Source: Eledone cirrhosa
Taxonomy: Eukaryota
Direction: 5' to 3'
NCBI GenBank assembly: GCA_964016885.1
Contig: OZ024741.1
Location: forward strand, 54,436,001-54,500,000
Length of the DNA: 64,000 nt
Shown here: piece after piece, positions 1 through 15,185 of the stretch
How positions within the stretch are numbered: position 1 is the stretch's first letter
How the letters are laid out: each line of letters opens with the position of its first letter
Made by a program: the position numbers and the translations under genes
Notes under the pieces: model-generated
Databases searched by the model: none
What the model saw: the letters and a program-made list of their open reading frames with translations, nothing else
Told to the model about the DNA's origin: nothing

Positions 1-69
1 TTGTTGAGTGCTTTATATCAGTTATAAAATATTTACTCGTTGTAACCCAACAATTTTAAATAAAACGTT

Positions 70-127
<58 letters not shown>

Positions 128-290
128 TTGATATATATATATTAATATAGGAAAAGAGTCAGGGCGAACGACAAGTGAGCTCCGGCCGTTTCGACACTCT
201 CTGTGTTATATATTAATATATATATATATATATATATATATTAATATAAGTATCAACACATATATTTTTATTGTATATATATATTAATAT

Positions 291-1211
<921 letters not shown>

Positions 1212-1218
1212 AATCTAC

Positions 1219-1330
<112 letters not shown>

Positions 1331-1453
1331 CTAAATCTACGAAAATATACGGTAGTGTCCAATCCGTATGAAGAACTCAATGTAATCCAAATATGAAACG
1401 AGAAGATGTATTCAACATTTTTTCGATGAAAAACACAGGAAAACAGAGTCAAG

Positions 1454-1837
1454 ATAAATTAATAAAAATAATGAATAAAACCAAAGAAACAGTTCCTTAT
1501 ATTAAAAAATTCATCATTTTACGATCGTTTCTAGGATATATATGTGTGTGTTGGTATGTATATCATATCGATCTATGTAAACATTTTACAAACTATCAGA
1601 GGGAATATACATACCTACACATATATATGCTGTCTTCAGAAATAATGATTATTTCTGAAGACAGCATATATATGTGTAGGTATGTATATTCCCTCTGATA
1701 GTTTGTAAAATGTTTACATAGATCGATATGATATACATACCAACACACACATATATATCCTAGAAACGATCGTAAAATGATGAATTTTTTAATATAAGGA
1801 AGTGTTTCTTTGGTTTTATTCATTATTTTTATTAATT

Positions 1838-1840
<3 letters not shown>
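1454..1840. repeat. Near-perfect palindrome (arms about 193 bp, centre 1647) made of two inverted HHR-bearing modules
   Basis: 1454-1646 is the reverse complement of 1648-1840. The ORF track shows the same peptide on both strands. Confidence 0.92.
1648..1781 (+). ncRNA. Type I hammerhead motif with long stem II; mirror copy 1513-1646 (-), further copy 43226-43350 (-)
   Basis: ATTATTT-CTGAAGA-CAGC-ATATATATGTGT...ACACATATATAT-CCTA-GAAA-CGATCG-TA-AAATGAT. Palindromic stem III ACGATCGT. Confidence 0.7.
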
Positions 1841-1871
<31 letters not shown>

Positions 1872-1953
1872 TGTATATATTAATATATATATTAATACAC
1901 ACACACCTACACACCCACATATATCTATATATCTATATACACACATATATCTA

Positions 1954-1984
<31 letters not shown>

Positions 1985-2353
1985 TTGTACATATAGATAT
2001 ATGTGTGTATATACATATATATATATATATATTTGTGTGTGTAGGTTTGTGTGTATTAATATATATATTAATATATACATATTTATTTTATATCTATTTT
2101 TCTCGCTAACTCCCCCTCACTCCTTCTCGGAGTTCCTCTCCCCACTCTCACCAAGCGTGAAACTAATAATATTTGTAACATTTACTCGTTTGTTTGATTT
2201 TTTTGTTTTCTGTTATTCCAAAAAATTTACATACATATATATACAGTGCGAGAGGGGAAGACAGAAATTGCGAGTTGCCAGTTTAGAATATTGGTCAGCT
2301 TACCTCCGGGTTCAGCCTGTGAGAGTTCAGCCGTTCGGCAGTAACTCATTATA

Positions 2354-2473
<120 letters not shown>

Positions 2474-3434
2474 ACATACATTGCCATTTCACATTCTATG
2501 CTATGAAAACGTATAATCGTGTACAGTCGTAAATTAAGTTGCCTGTATATGTTTGTATATTTGTGTACTAAGTTCGATGTTTGATCAGACGGCACCTTAC
2601 TAATGCCTTCTCAGAAGAAAATGACCACACACTTAGACATCCTCTCCACTCTGACAGAACTACAATTAGGAAGTAATCTAGTTCACTCAACCTATTCCCT
2701 AGATGTAAAAACTAATGTTGGTAAGAATTTTTTTTTAATCTGATATACACACATTTCCCTCCGTAGCAAAGTTATAGCAAAATGTTCAGTAAGCACTCCG
2801 TGAAGATCAATTATTTTTTGGCTCTCTATGAGATCGATAATAACTGCTGAAAACAAACCGAAAGAAGATCCCAGGTGCTCTTGCAAGATAAAGGATGACT
2901 CTACAACAGAGCTGTAGCATAATGTCCATAAGTGATATAATTAAGTGAATTTACACTTCTTAAGACCAACCAAGCAGAAAGCAATGAAAGATATGTGGAT
3001 ATTGTGTAGGGAAGTTTCAAACTACGATTCTACTCATATGTCTCGTGCTATTGAAATCTGCCACGGCCCTTGCAAGACGAATCTGGAAATTATGGGACTC
3101 AGGTATCCCCCATATTTTAAAATGAGGAATTCTGGAAAGGTCAGAGCCCGAACACGCAGTTTCCACAGAGAGAATAACTCTACCCACTATTGTTTACGCA
3201 ATAGACAGCATCCCACGGGTGATGGTATGCTCTTTTCCCGTCTACCGAGGCTTATATACCCAACTTGTTACACACTATTTCTCATCGTCGTCAAAAAGGT
3301 GATAGCAATTCTTTTATATATATGTGTATAAATATTTCGTATCTCCAAAGAAATACGGTTTTAGGAAGTCGTAGCTATGCAAACACCGGGGGGATAACGC
3401 CCTCTGGTGATGTCCGGCAGAAGCAAGGGGGACA

Positions 3435-3478
3435 ACCGTCTATGCATTTCAGGCTTAACTGGCCTTCGTCAGGACGGT
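3435..3478 (-). ncRNA. Minimal type I hammerhead ribozyme
   Basis: Minus strand reads ACCGTC-CTGACGA-AGGC-CAGTTAA-GCCT-GAAA-TGCA-TA-GACGGT: canonical core, perfect stems I and II, palindromic stem III. Confidence 0.85.
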
Positions 3479-3807
3479 CCCTCCCACCGCTTGCGACTGC
3501 TGGGCTAGAAGACAGGTGAGAATATATACTTTTCTAGTCTGTGTAAATGAGGTGATTCCAACTTATGCAACTTCATATGCAAATGAGATTAATCACCTCA
3601 TTTACACATTTGTTTAGTGGGTAATAAAATTCTATAAACCATTGTTGGTATTTGATTGACTGTTACTTTATCGAAGACATCGGCGAATAGTACCAAAGTA
3701 CTAATTCTCTTTGTCGTCAGCAACCAGACAAAACGGATGGATAAGACTTATTTCATTAAAACGTTTTACTGTTCTCTAATTGCGTGGTTAAATATTTTAT
3801 GTTTGTG

Positions 3808-3849
<42 letters not shown>

Positions 3850-3850
3850 G

Positions 3851-3899
3851 GCTTCTACAGGACTAGAACTGTTTCGCTCGGAGTAAATCATCAGAAAGC
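3851..3899 (-). ncRNA. Type I hammerhead motif with degenerate stem II
   Basis: Minus strand reads GCTTT-CTGATGA-TTTACTCCGAGC-GAAA-CAG-TTCTAGTC-CTG-TA-GAAGC. Confidence 0.55.
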
Positions 3900-4290
3900 T
3901 GACTGTCAATGTAAATTTCTGGTATTTATACATTTTGTCCGGGTAAGGGAAGGGGAATGGTTGGAGGGAGGGGGGTAGAGGTCATGGTGGGATTAAAGGA
4001 TGGGGATTCTTAGAAAAAACAAAATTTATTTAGGGAAAGAAGTTTAGTGGCAGGCTGCAATTGAAATAAACACTACCTTATTCTATAGTACAATTTTGAA
4101 CAAAAGGTATATCGAGTAGTTGATCGAACATCTGTGGAAATAGTTGGTTAGGACCAGATCACAAGCACACACGCCCCACACACACGCGCCAACGCACGCG
4201 CACACACACACACACACACGCACGCACATAAATACACATATACACATACGTATACATATATATAGACAGACATACACACATGTGTGTGTT

Positions 4291-4762
<472 letters not shown>

Positions 4763-5032
4763 AACGGAAAAAATGAAACGAAATTTCATTTCCCACTCTT
4801 AGTGCGGCTGTTACTTAAATATAAGTATGTACACGTACATACATATATGTATACAGACGTACAGTAGTATGTATATATATATATATATACATACATGCAC
4901 ACATATATATATGTACGTATGGATTCACCGAACATGTATTATAATGCTCGATGTGTTTGTAAACAAACATCCCGTATTAAGCCGTAGTGTCCAGCAACCA
5001 TCGTTGCTCGTTTGTTCAACACTGACAAAGGA

Positions 5033-5075
5033 ACGCTGTACTAGTTTCAAGCTTATTAGCTATCGTCAGCAACGT
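5033..5075 (-). ncRNA. Minimal type I hammerhead ribozyme
   Basis: Minus strand reads ACGTTG-CTGACGA-T-AGCT-AATA-AGCT-T-GAAA-CTAG-TA-CAGCGT. An inverted repeat (5071-5125 / 5188-5252) is adjacent. Confidence 0.8.
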
Positions 5076-5762
5076 ATACCTTCCTGCCAGATTGTTGAAC
5101 GTAGATACTTACCTTATGCATATTAACGGCTGAATAGCCCAATTTGCATATCGAGTGGGTTAATCGGCCGGGTGCACCGAAAACGATAATATGCATAAGG
5201 TATGCATAAGGTAGATATATACGTTCAACAATCTGGCAGGAAGGTATACGTTTAATCCCACCATGGCCTCTACCCCTACCCCACCCACCCCAACCACTAC
5301 CCTTCCCTTATTTACAGTGGTTATCCCCGATTTAACCCGGGATCTACATATATATATATATAATTATATATATATATATATATATATATAGGAAAATGTT
5401 CAAGACCCTGACGGCAGTTTTTTATTATTTTTATTATTTTATTTTTTAATATTATTATTTATTATTTTTAATTTTTTAATTTCAATTTATTAACTTTTTA
5501 ATTTTATAACTTCCCACTCTCAGATTCCTCCAGAATTCCTTTTTCGCCTGCTTTCTAGCTAGCCTAATTTCTTCCATACTCCTTAGAATTTTCTGTATAG
5601 AATTCACTTTCAACGCTTCACCCGCTCCACCCACTCCCTCATTGTTCAACAGGCAAGTTCAGCCACCCCCACCCTCCAACCCCGCCATGAAAGATTTGAT
5701 TGTGTTTACAAGAAATTTTGACCAATCCTTTTGTTAACTACAATCTTCCCATATAAAGAAAT

Positions 5763-5857
5763 ACCCCTTGAAAAGTTAGGCTATTTATTACCACGCTATA
5801 AATTCTAATTTAGTCCAGAAATAGCCGTCGAAACGGCTTGAGCTCTGCCGTCGGGGT
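5763..5857 (+). ncRNA. Type I hammerhead ribozyme, U3-A8 core variant (Penelope pLTR)
   Basis: ACCCC-TTGAAAA-GTTA-GGCTATTT...AAATAGCC-GTC-GAAA-CGGC-TTGAGCTCT-GCCG-TC-GGGGT. Confidence 0.75.
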
Positions 5858-5969
5858 CTTGAACATTTTCCTATTACCCACTCTACTACCCTAAGTATAG
5901 AATACTCTGGTGCGTTATGGTCCACCTGGTTCCTTACCTAACTTCCTTCGTTATATACATATATATATC

Positions 5970-7583
5970 ACACTGAAGGACCATAAATCCGATTTTGACC
6001 GTAAACCCTCTATCAGGCTTATTAACCCAACGAAGTCCGACATAGGGAGAATCAGCAAAAAAACCCTAGACCGCGTGATACCAAAAGTCAAGCAACACAC
6101 CCGACTTAGCCTATGGATCAACGCCCAGGAAGTAATCTCCTGGTTCAGCAATATGGAGGATAAACGAGAAACTAAATTCATACAGTTCGACATAGAGAGC
6201 TACTATGCTTCAATCACCTTACCGCTACTTACTGCCGCCTTGGACTTCGCCGAAACACTTGTGTCCATCACCGACCAGGAAAGAAAAATCATCCTCCACG
6301 CCAGGAAGACAGTCTTACTCTTTGACGACTCTAAATGGATAAAAAGAGCTCCCGACTCACCCTTCGACGTCAGCATGGGCGCCACGGATTCGGCGGAGGT
6401 CACAGATCTTATAGGATTATTCCTAATAGCCAAACTCACTGATATGTTTCCTGCATTCGGTGGTGGATTGTACCGTGATGATGGGCTCCTTACCCTTAAA
6501 GGGTACAACCCCAGTAGTACAGATCGGGTCCGGAAACAATTAAACAGATTCTTCCGCGACTGGGGATTTAAAATAACCCTACAAACGTACCTGACCAGAG
6601 TAAACTTCCTGGACGTGACCCTCGACCTCGAAAACGACCTGTACTACCCATACAGGAAACCTAATGACAATCTGCACTACATCCACCGCCGATCAAACCA
6701 TCCTAGGAACATCACAAACAACCTGGTCAAAAACATCTCCCTCCGCATATCCCGTTTGTCAGCTAATGAGCGGATATTCGATGAACATGCGCCTTATTAC
6801 AACCAGGCCCTCAAGCGGAGTGGTTTCCGGGAGGAAATATCCTACTGTCCAGCTCCCATTAGCGGAACCAGCAGGAGACACCGCCGCTCACGCAATGTAA
6901 CATGGTTCAATCCTCCCCACAACGCAGAGGTGACAACTCCCATCGGGAAACTATTCTTTAGGCTCATTGAAAAACACTTCCCATTACAACACCGCTACCA
7001 CAACATAATTAACAAAAATACCATCAAACTCTCTTACAGCACTACACCAAACTTCGCACAAAACATCGTCTCCTCTAACAACAAAAAACTCAACCCCGAT
7101 GGCAGAAATAACCTAAATAGCAGTGGAGAACCGACCAGGAGGTGTAACTGCCCGGATAGATCTATTTGCCCACTCGACAATAGATGCAGAGACCGTAATG
7201 TGATCTACCAGTGCAACGTGAGGACGGATACCTCCAACAAAGCCTATATAGGACTTACCGCATGTGACTTCAAGACCCGGCTATACCAACATAGACATAC
7301 CTTCCGAAACCCGGCCCGGCGTCACGCCACTACACATTCGGGCCACATATGGGACCTCAAGGACAACAACATCACCTATGATCTCACTTGGAGATTACTG
7401 TCCAGAGCCAATTCTTACACGGGAGGACGCCGTCCGTGCAATTTATGCTCGGAGGAAACTTTACAAATGCTGCTTTCGACGGACCAACTCCTAAACAAGA
7501 AAGATGAACTGGTTACTGCATGTAAACATAGATTGCGTAGGACTTACCTCGCCCTCAAACCCCATAATGACCCGGGGGGGTAG
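5970..7583 (+). CDS. Penelope-like retroelement RT + C-terminal GIY-YIG endonuclease, 5'-truncated at a TA tract; resembles Hydra-clade PLEs
   Basis: RT motifs RLINPTKSDIG, FDIESYYASI, GLYRDDGL, VNFLDVTL and YRKP; WFNPP; CxCx5C linker; GIY-YIG VIYQC...AYIG...FKTR. The first ~20 aa of the listed ORF come from pLTR and TA sequence. Confidence 0.92.
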   Translation, partial: TLKDHKSDFDRKPSIRLINPTKSDIGRISKKTLDRVIPKVKQHTRLSLWINAQEVISWFSNMEDKRETKFIQFDIESYYASITLPLLTAALDFAETLVSITDQERKIILHARKTVLLFDDSKWIKRAPDSPFDVSMGATDSAEVTDLIGLFLIAKLTDMFPAFGGGLYRDDGLLTLKGYNPSSTDRVRKQLNRFFRDWGFKITLQTYLTRVNFLDVTLDLENDLYYPYRKPNDNLHYIHRRSNHPRNITNNLVKNISLRISRLSANERIFDEHAPYYNQALKRSGFREEISYCPAPISGTSRRHRRSRNVTWFNPPHNAEVTTPIGKLFFRLIEKHFPLQHRYHNIINKNTIKLSYSTTPNFAQNIVSSNNKKLNPDGRNNLNSSGEPTRRCNCPDRSICPLDNRCRDRNVIYQCNVRTDTSNKAYIGLTACDFKTRLYQHRHTFRNPARRHATTHSGHIWDLKDNNITYDLTWRLLSRANSYTGGRRPCNLCSEETLQMLLSTDQLLNKKDELVTACKHRLRRTYLALKPHNDPGG

Positions 7584-8722
7584 ACTAGGGCTATAACACC
7601 CCACTTGCCGATTTTGCAATGGGTAACCCCTGCTTGCCAAGGGAGACGTAAGATCTTCTTTGTATTCTTTTATCGCTTCCTTCATTTCCTTCCTTCCCCC
7701 CTCTCTCCTTAGTCCTTCTACCCCAGCTCTTCTCCTTTGTCGGCGTCTTTTCTCGCCCACCCGAGGCTGCCCTTTGGCCCCTTGTAGCCTTAGTACCCCC
7801 ACCCCCTCCCCTAGTCTAGGATAGATTTGGCGGACTCCGCCCTTTATAGCAGTTGGTTTAGACCCCGGATACTTGTCCCCTTTTTCCGACCGCTCCCACT
7901 ATTCTCTGTGCCCTCTATATTTCTTAGTGGCACTTATGCCTTATTTTTTCGTTTCAGTATTTCTTTCTTCGCTTTTCTTTTGGGCGGGGTGGATTCTGAA
8001 TTTATTCTTCCGTATTCTACCTTTACTTCGTACGAACTTTCATGTAGCTTGTTTTAGATCTTTTAGAGTTAGCATTAGTATATATTTTTCTCGGGACTCA
8101 GAATTATTATCTCGTATTAGTTCACTTTGCTGCACTGGGTGGTTGCTGGAATTGTGCCCGGGATGGAAACCTTTATTGTTTATTTTGTGGTAGTCTCTTT
8201 AGTATTTTGGTCCCTTTTGTTGACCCGTCACCGTATCATTTACGTGCTTATACCTCTTAAAAGGGTCCTCGCCTATTCCGTCCCACCTAATTCTTTTACT
8301 TATTTCGTTATTTCTTTATTTCTTTCTTTACTTCTTTCTTTCTTTATTTATTTATTTATTCTAGCCTAACAATAGCTAGAGACCTAGGTCGTAGAATTTA
8401 ATTTACTTTACTTTTTTCTTTACCCTCATTTGTTTTTCTTTACACTTATTTGCTTTTCTTCACTCTCAGTATTTTTTCTTTCCTATATATTTCTACCCCC
8501 CATTGTTCTACCTACCGTTCCGACTTCCTCCCCCTCCCCCTCCCCTGTATCTTCTTTGACCTCATGCCCAGCTGTAGCTGGCACTACAAACGCTTGATTG
8601 GGGCTACTCCACCCCCTCCCCTCTTTCTTCTACTGGCAGGTTTAGCCACCATCTCCCCTACTAATTTGCAACCACAGAATTACTACTGATTTTTGACAAT
8701 CACTTTGACCATATATGGAATT

Positions 8723-8816
8723 ACCCCTTGAGAAGATCGGCTATTTAAATACCAGGATAAATTTACATTTAGTCCAGAATTAGCCGTCGAAACGGCTTGA
8801 GCTCAGCTGTCGGGGT
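8723..8816 (+). ncRNA. Type I hammerhead ribozyme, U3-A8 core variant
   Basis: ACCCC-TTGAGAA-GATCGGCTA...TAGCCGTC-GAAA-CGGC-TTGAGCTCA-GCTG-TC-GGGGT. Confidence 0.75.
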
Positions 8817-8826
8817 CTTACTGGTT

Positions 8827-8915
<89 letters not shown>

Positions 8916-10566
8916 CGAGAGAGAGAGAGAGAGAGAGATATGTATATATATATATTATGCTTGTATATTTAATTAATCTTAATTGTGGTTTGCATTCGAT
9001 TACATATATTATGTTTATTTTATATTAATAGTGACACTGAGAGTTATATCTTTTGCATCACCTTTTGGTTATATTTTCTGTTTGTAGTTTTCATCATGGA
9101 TTCACTTCGCTTATGTCGCTTATTTCATAATAAATTTGGGTATGTTCTCTATTCTTATTGTGGTTTATGGAATGTGAAGTCTTTGGTTGTTTCGTTATTT
9201 TTCTTTAATCTTAATTATGTTTTTAATTCGAGTATGTATATTATTTTTATATAAAACCTGGATCACTCGATGCATGACATCACATCATCTTGGGGGAATT
9301 GCTTAAGGGTTTAACGTCATGGATATATGGGAGAGGGTGGAGCTAAACCTATTACATAATGGGGTTGTAGTCACTGCAGGTAATAGTGGATTCTTATAAG
9401 AAACTAACTGCGTAATTTGAAAGCTGCGGCTTGAAAAAGTCCGTCTCCCCCATGTCATATTTAGGGCGGGTTAGGGTGGGATATATGGATGATGTCTGAG
9501 GTAGGGAATTTTGGTGGGTATCTTAGGTCTAATATAAACATTTAGTTCATGATTGGCTCGGTTTTTACGAATTTAATTTTCACGAGTTCGGCATCCGATG
9601 GTCTTGTCCACTAGATGCTTTATTTGTAGGGCATTCGGTGATTATTTGTGTATGTTCTATATATATATATATATATATACATGGTGTATATATGTGTAGT
9701 GTACGTGTACGTGTATTTAGGGTAGTTAAAATGGTGAATAGACTGGTTGGGCCAATAACAATGTTGTATACGTATATAGACACACATATATGTGTGCGTG
9801 AGTGTGCGTGGTCATTCCTGATATTAAACGAGAGAAATGTTCTCAATGACCTTAGTTAATTTAATCTGGTTGTCTAAGATTTAGTTACTATATGGGAGCT
9901 TCAACGAATCCAGATTTTTGAAAAATAAAGGTAACGCATTTGGGAATGTATTAAAGCAACTGAGATTATTCGATGTTCTTATATTTCTTCGGTGGATCAT
10001 ATCCATCGTGATCTTCAGTATATAGAGAAAGAAAAGGGAAATAATTTGCTGTGTTACGAGATATGCTGACTTCCCACTACAGTTGTAATAGGTGGGGTTA
10101 GATCGCGTGAGCGGGAAAATACCGGATCTCATCCGCCGGGGTTGTGTGGAGGCCAGCACGTGGGACCCCATTTGCTCACCATACAGAGAGGTGAGGAGGG
10201 CGAGAGAGATGGAGGCGATGACAGTGTGAGTTCGGCTCTTCCAAGTTCGGACCATATCCTTGTGGTTGTGTTCATTAAGCGCCTATATTTTTATCCTTGG
10301 TTTTATCTTCAAACCATAAAAATAATCTTGATCACTTGACACAGATAAAGGTTCGTTTATTATCTATTCATTCTGTGGAGTAGGTTTCTCCTTAAGGACC
10401 CGACCTGAAACGAAACAATCTCTAAAAGCAAAGAAGTGAACTCGGCGTCAGACCCTGACTCAGGCTCTGATACACGTCAAGCTGAAGTTCGTAACTTTAA
10501 ATATTCCGGCTTTCCTCGGATTGGATTGTCGTGGAAATCATTTCGGGCATAAGAATAGTATTGAAT

Positions 10567-10965
10567 AATAATTGTTTCTATTTTTGGCACAAGGCCAGCA
10601 TTTATCCCAGTGCATTACTGGTACTTTATTTTACCGACTCCATAGGGATGAAAGGCAAAGTTAACCTTGGCGGGATTTGAACTGAGACTGTTAAGGGCCG
10701 TAATTCTATGCTGCAAAGCATTAGCGTCCGACCCTGTACCAATACTGCCAATCTACCGCCCTTGGATAGTATTGGATAATAATTGTTTGTACTTCTGGCA
10801 CAAGGCCAGCAATTATCACAGTGTATTACTGGTACTTTATTTTACCGACCCCATAAGGATGAAAGGCAAAATTAACCTCGGCGGGATTTGAACTCAGAAT
10901 GGCAAGGCCCGTAACTCTATGCGTCAAAGCATGGCGTCAGACCCTCTACCGATACTGCCAATTGG
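10567..10965 (-). mobile_element. Two head-to-tail tRNA-derived SINE copies
   Basis: Minus strand has an A-box-like TTGGCAGTAT(T/C)GG, B box GTTCAAATCC, central GCCTTTCATCC...GTCGGTAAAATAAAGTACCAG (recalled as MetaSINE-like), and tail GCTGGCCTTGTGCCA...ACAATTATT. Confidence 0.85.
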
Positions 10966-11311
10966 ATAATAATGAGTTCAGGTTACATAACGGCTTAGAA
11001 GACACTACCGGAAAGATACACATGGGATAACACAACATAGAAAGAGCTAACAAAAAGTGTCTTTCGAATGGAAACAGGACAGGATACGGTGTAGACAATT
11101 AGTAATGGTAACGCCAGAAGGAGAGAATAGACTTTCTTAAAAAAAGACGAGTGAGTGAGAAAGTTGTCGCGCTAGTAAGTATACAATTAATTGATCACAG
11201 AAGTTGAGCGTAGCATTTCAATAATAATAAGTATCAACGTTGCACACTAAAAATCAAAAAACAAATATAATTTATATATAAATATATGTATCTGTGTGTC
11301 TATCTATATAT

Positions 11312-11345
<34 letters not shown>

Positions 11346-11359
11346 TGTATGTATGTATG

Positions 11360-11465
<106 letters not shown>

Positions 11466-11524
11466 TATGGAATGAAGCTTATCGAGTAGAATGGACTATA
11501 TATATATATATATATACACACGCG

Positions 11525-11660
11525 CGCACACACATTGTTATACATGGGGAGGGTCATATTTGTGTAATAAATAATATTGCCAGAATTAATAACAGAACAC
11601 ACTCACTGTTTGGTTGGTTTTCGCTTCTGTGTCTTTTATATCGGTTAATTCATCGCCGTT
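11525..11660 (-). mobile_element. Terminal pLTR fragment of the Naiad-type family at 56471-60707
   Basis: Near-identical to 56471-56570 (GGGGAGGGTCATATTTG...CAGAACACACTCACTGTTTGGTTGG). Confidence 0.85.
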
Positions 11661-11668
11661 ATATATAT

Positions 11669-11725
<57 letters not shown>

Positions 11726-12178
11726 TGCATATAAACATTTAGATATATATTGTATATATATAATTATGGAATGGAGCTTATCGAGTAGAATGGACTATAT
11801 ATATATATATATATATACATATACACACACACACAGATATATATATATATATATATTAATGCATATATACACTTACAAGACGGAATGACGAAGAAGATAA
11901 AACCACAATTTGTTTATTGTTAAAAAAAAACGAATAAAGTGTATATTTTACGTAAATTACTCATCAAACAAAGAAGTAAAAATCGATCAATTTCCAGGAG
12001 ATCCATAATCGAATAAGACTGTATGGAATTTCCGATTGAAAGCAATCAATGTGTAAAAACCACGATAAACAGCAATGCTTCGGGATTGTTCAATGAAAAT
12101 ACAAATAAAAATTCTTCCTCCCTAATGCACACAAGATTAGAATATCGTGCAGGTGTATAAGTGGGTAAATACATCTAA

Positions 12179-12215
<37 letters not shown>

Positions 12216-12281
12216 AATTAGGTGGATAGACTTATATGCATTAAGTACACACACACACATACACACACACGTATATGTATA

Positions 12282-12321
<40 letters not shown>

Positions 12322-12367
12322 TATGTATATACATAGATATATAAGTTTATATATATATACATATGTG

Positions 12368-12431
<64 letters not shown>

Positions 12432-12853
12432 TATATATCTATGTATATACAAACGGACAGACACTAATGTCCAATCGAATACATATATCGACTCTCACAC
12501 GTGCATATATATATATATATATATATATACGGGGTAACAAATTATTGTTATAGGTAGTCCACTTAGGTGTAGTCCAGTTATGGTACTCCGAGTAGTGGAT
12601 GATATCAACGCTTGGCTAAGTTTGACTCAACAAGGCGTTTCCATAGTGATGCTGCGAGTACGCTGTAATTCCTATGTTGTAAACACTTGGAGTAATGATA
12701 AATCAGGAAAGAAGAGTGACAAGGTTTGCTATACAAAAAAGGTTTTTAATCTCATTGCTGACAATTGTTTCTCTGAACTGGTAGGTCTAGAGATATATAT
12801 ATATAATATTAATTCCAAATATTAACAAAATAGATATTCTTGTGATCAATTAT

Positions 12854-12918
12854 ATTTTATTATACATATTTCAGAGGTACTGAATTAAGTTCAACAGTAC
12901 GTCCTCATCAGATAAAAT
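12854..12918 (-). ncRNA. Type I hammerhead motif; same family as 34117-34181 (-) and 34233-34297 (+)
   Basis: Minus strand reads ATTTTAT-CTGATGA-GGAC-GTACTG...CAGTAC-CTCT-GAAA-TATGTA-TA-ATAAAAT. Confidence 0.75.
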
Positions 12919-13081
12919 AAAATGATACATGACATACTCTGACATGGTAGATGGTTGAGATTTAATCATGTTAATATTTGGAATTAATATTAATAACTCT
13001 GGAAAATAAATGCTTGTAGAGTGCTTCCAATCTATTGTAAAACTCATTCTTTGATTTATTCACTGAATCTTGTTTTACTCT

Positions 13082-13122
<41 letters not shown>

Positions 13123-14071
13123 TATATATATGCATATATATATATGCATATATATATATGCATATATATATATACACACACATATACACACACATATACA
13201 CACACATACATATATATACACACACACATATATATATATATATACATATATACACTAAACTTTTATATACATATCCTTTCTTATATACGTACTACTCCTT
13301 CCTACCGCCATAACTTAACACACAGTCACGCATACTTGCCCACGCCAACAGACACCAATATTCACCAATACTCTAACACATACATGCTACCCCTCACACC
13401 CTAACATACAATCATGAACACTTCTATATACATACACAATAAGCACGTATTAAGAGGTTGTATTTAGACTGTCATCTCCACATATTGATTTGTGATAATC
13501 CACTAAGATTGTATTGTTTAGTTAATCCTACTGAAAAAAAAGCTCTTTATTGGTAGGGAAATATTTTGTATTTTCTGTAGTGGATGGGTAGGGTTGGAAC
13601 AAGAAAAAACACTCAAACATATCAGACACGCACTCACATACATGTACGTACATACCCGCACTCTTACACACGCACACACACTCACACACATGCACACGCG
13701 CATATTCATACACACATAAATGTACTCACATACACACACATGCATCCATGCAGTTTCATACACTCAGGCATACATACGTACATACCCCATATAAGCATAG
13801 TGGAAGATATACACAAAGCATACATGTATACATACATTGCTTACACAAACACACACATGTACGGTGTATATATATACACTCATTAAAGCATAACAAATTC
13901 ACTCCCTCTATGATACAAACACACTTACATTCACGTATAACAACTCACGCTTACAAACATACACGCTCACACACACAAGAAAACAACAAGATATACACAG
14001 ACACACACACACACATATACTCATGCATACACACAATAAAACTTAATAAGAACTTCTCTGAAGACGCACAC

Positions 14072-14136
<65 letters not shown>

Positions 14137-14667
14137 CATATACACGTACAAATTCACAATACTCATCCACACACACACACCAACCCATACCCTTACACAT
14201 ATAGACAAAAACACATACATCTCCAAAATATTGATTGGGTTAGAATTCATCAATTATTTCTAAATATTATCTTAAAGTAACTTACATTCTACGCGGTCGA
14301 TCGGCCGATTCTGTAGAGCGGAAACTCTGCTACCACTTTGAGTGCAGAGTTCAAGCCTCGCTGAGGTCATTTTCCTTTTGTTGCTCCTTGGCTTGATAAA
14401 TAGTGTACTACTAAATTACTGGGTTATCTGGGTTAATTTTTTTTTATTTTGATAGCAATATTTGAGTTGTTCAGCCAAATTAGTCTCAAATGTATGTGAT
14501 AAGCCACTGTGCTTATTTGCTACAGATATATAACAGTTTGATTTTAAAATTGAGCCATATATTCCTAACGGCATATGTATAGGCGGTTCAGTTAAGTGTC
14601 TAATCGTATCGTGCAGATGTACAAGAGGTTTGACTGTACGGTTGAGCAAACTCACAACTCCTTCTTT

Positions 14668-15185
14668 ACCTACAGATGTACAGAAGTGCGGAATTTATGG
14701 TGAAACAAACACTCCCTATCCTGTAAATGTACAGGAGTGCGGAGTTTATTGTGAAACAAACACTTCCTATCCTACAGATCTACAGGAGTGCGGAGTTTAT
14801 GGTGAAACAAACACTTCCTCACCTACAGATGTACAGGAGTGCGGAGTTTATGGTGAAACAAACACTCCCTATCCTACAGATGTACAGGAGTGCGGAACTT
14901 ATGGTGAAACAAACACTTATTCATCTACAGATGTACAGGATTGCGGAGCTTATGGTGAAACAAACATTTCCTCACCTACAGATGTACAGGAGTGCGGAGT
15001 TTATGGTGAAAGAAACACTTTCTCACCTACAAATGTACAGGAGTGCGGAGTTTATGGTGAAACAAACACTCCCTTATCTATAGATGTACAGGAGTGCGGA
15101 GTTTATGGTGAAACAAACACTTCCTCACCTACAGATGTACAGGAGTGCAGAGTTTTGGTGAAACAAACATTCCCTCACCTACAGA
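14668..15185 (+). repeat. 51-bp minisatellite, about 10 copies, with an open frame (PTDVQECGVYGETNTxx)n
   Basis: Unit CCTACAGATGTACAGGAGTGCGGAGTTTATGGTGAAACAAACACTTCCTCA, repeating every 51 bp. Confidence 0.95.

Larger units (their letters stand above)
5970..8828 (+). mobile_element. Penelope-like element: ORF plus about 1.2-kb 3' region ending in an HHR-containing pLTR
   Basis: The 3' end (~8630-8820) is a diverged direct repeat of ~5650-5860. The element is bounded by TA tracts. Confidence 0.85.

Noticed and set aside
150-210. HHR 3' half on the minus strand (GAAACGGC...GTCGTT); similar halves at ~12755-12790 and ~36975-37010
   Set aside because: The CUGANGA strand is missing or truncated, so they are not counted as ribozymes.
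9940-10025. CTGAAGA...GAAA on the minus strand; similar loose matches at ~13530, ~30887 and ~60995-61030
   Set aside because: Stems I and III could not be paired convincingly, or the core is too decayed.
14668-15185. CRISPR-like appearance of the regular repeat containing GAAAC
   Set aside because: The units are contiguous with no unique spacers, there are no cas genes, and the context is eukaryotic.
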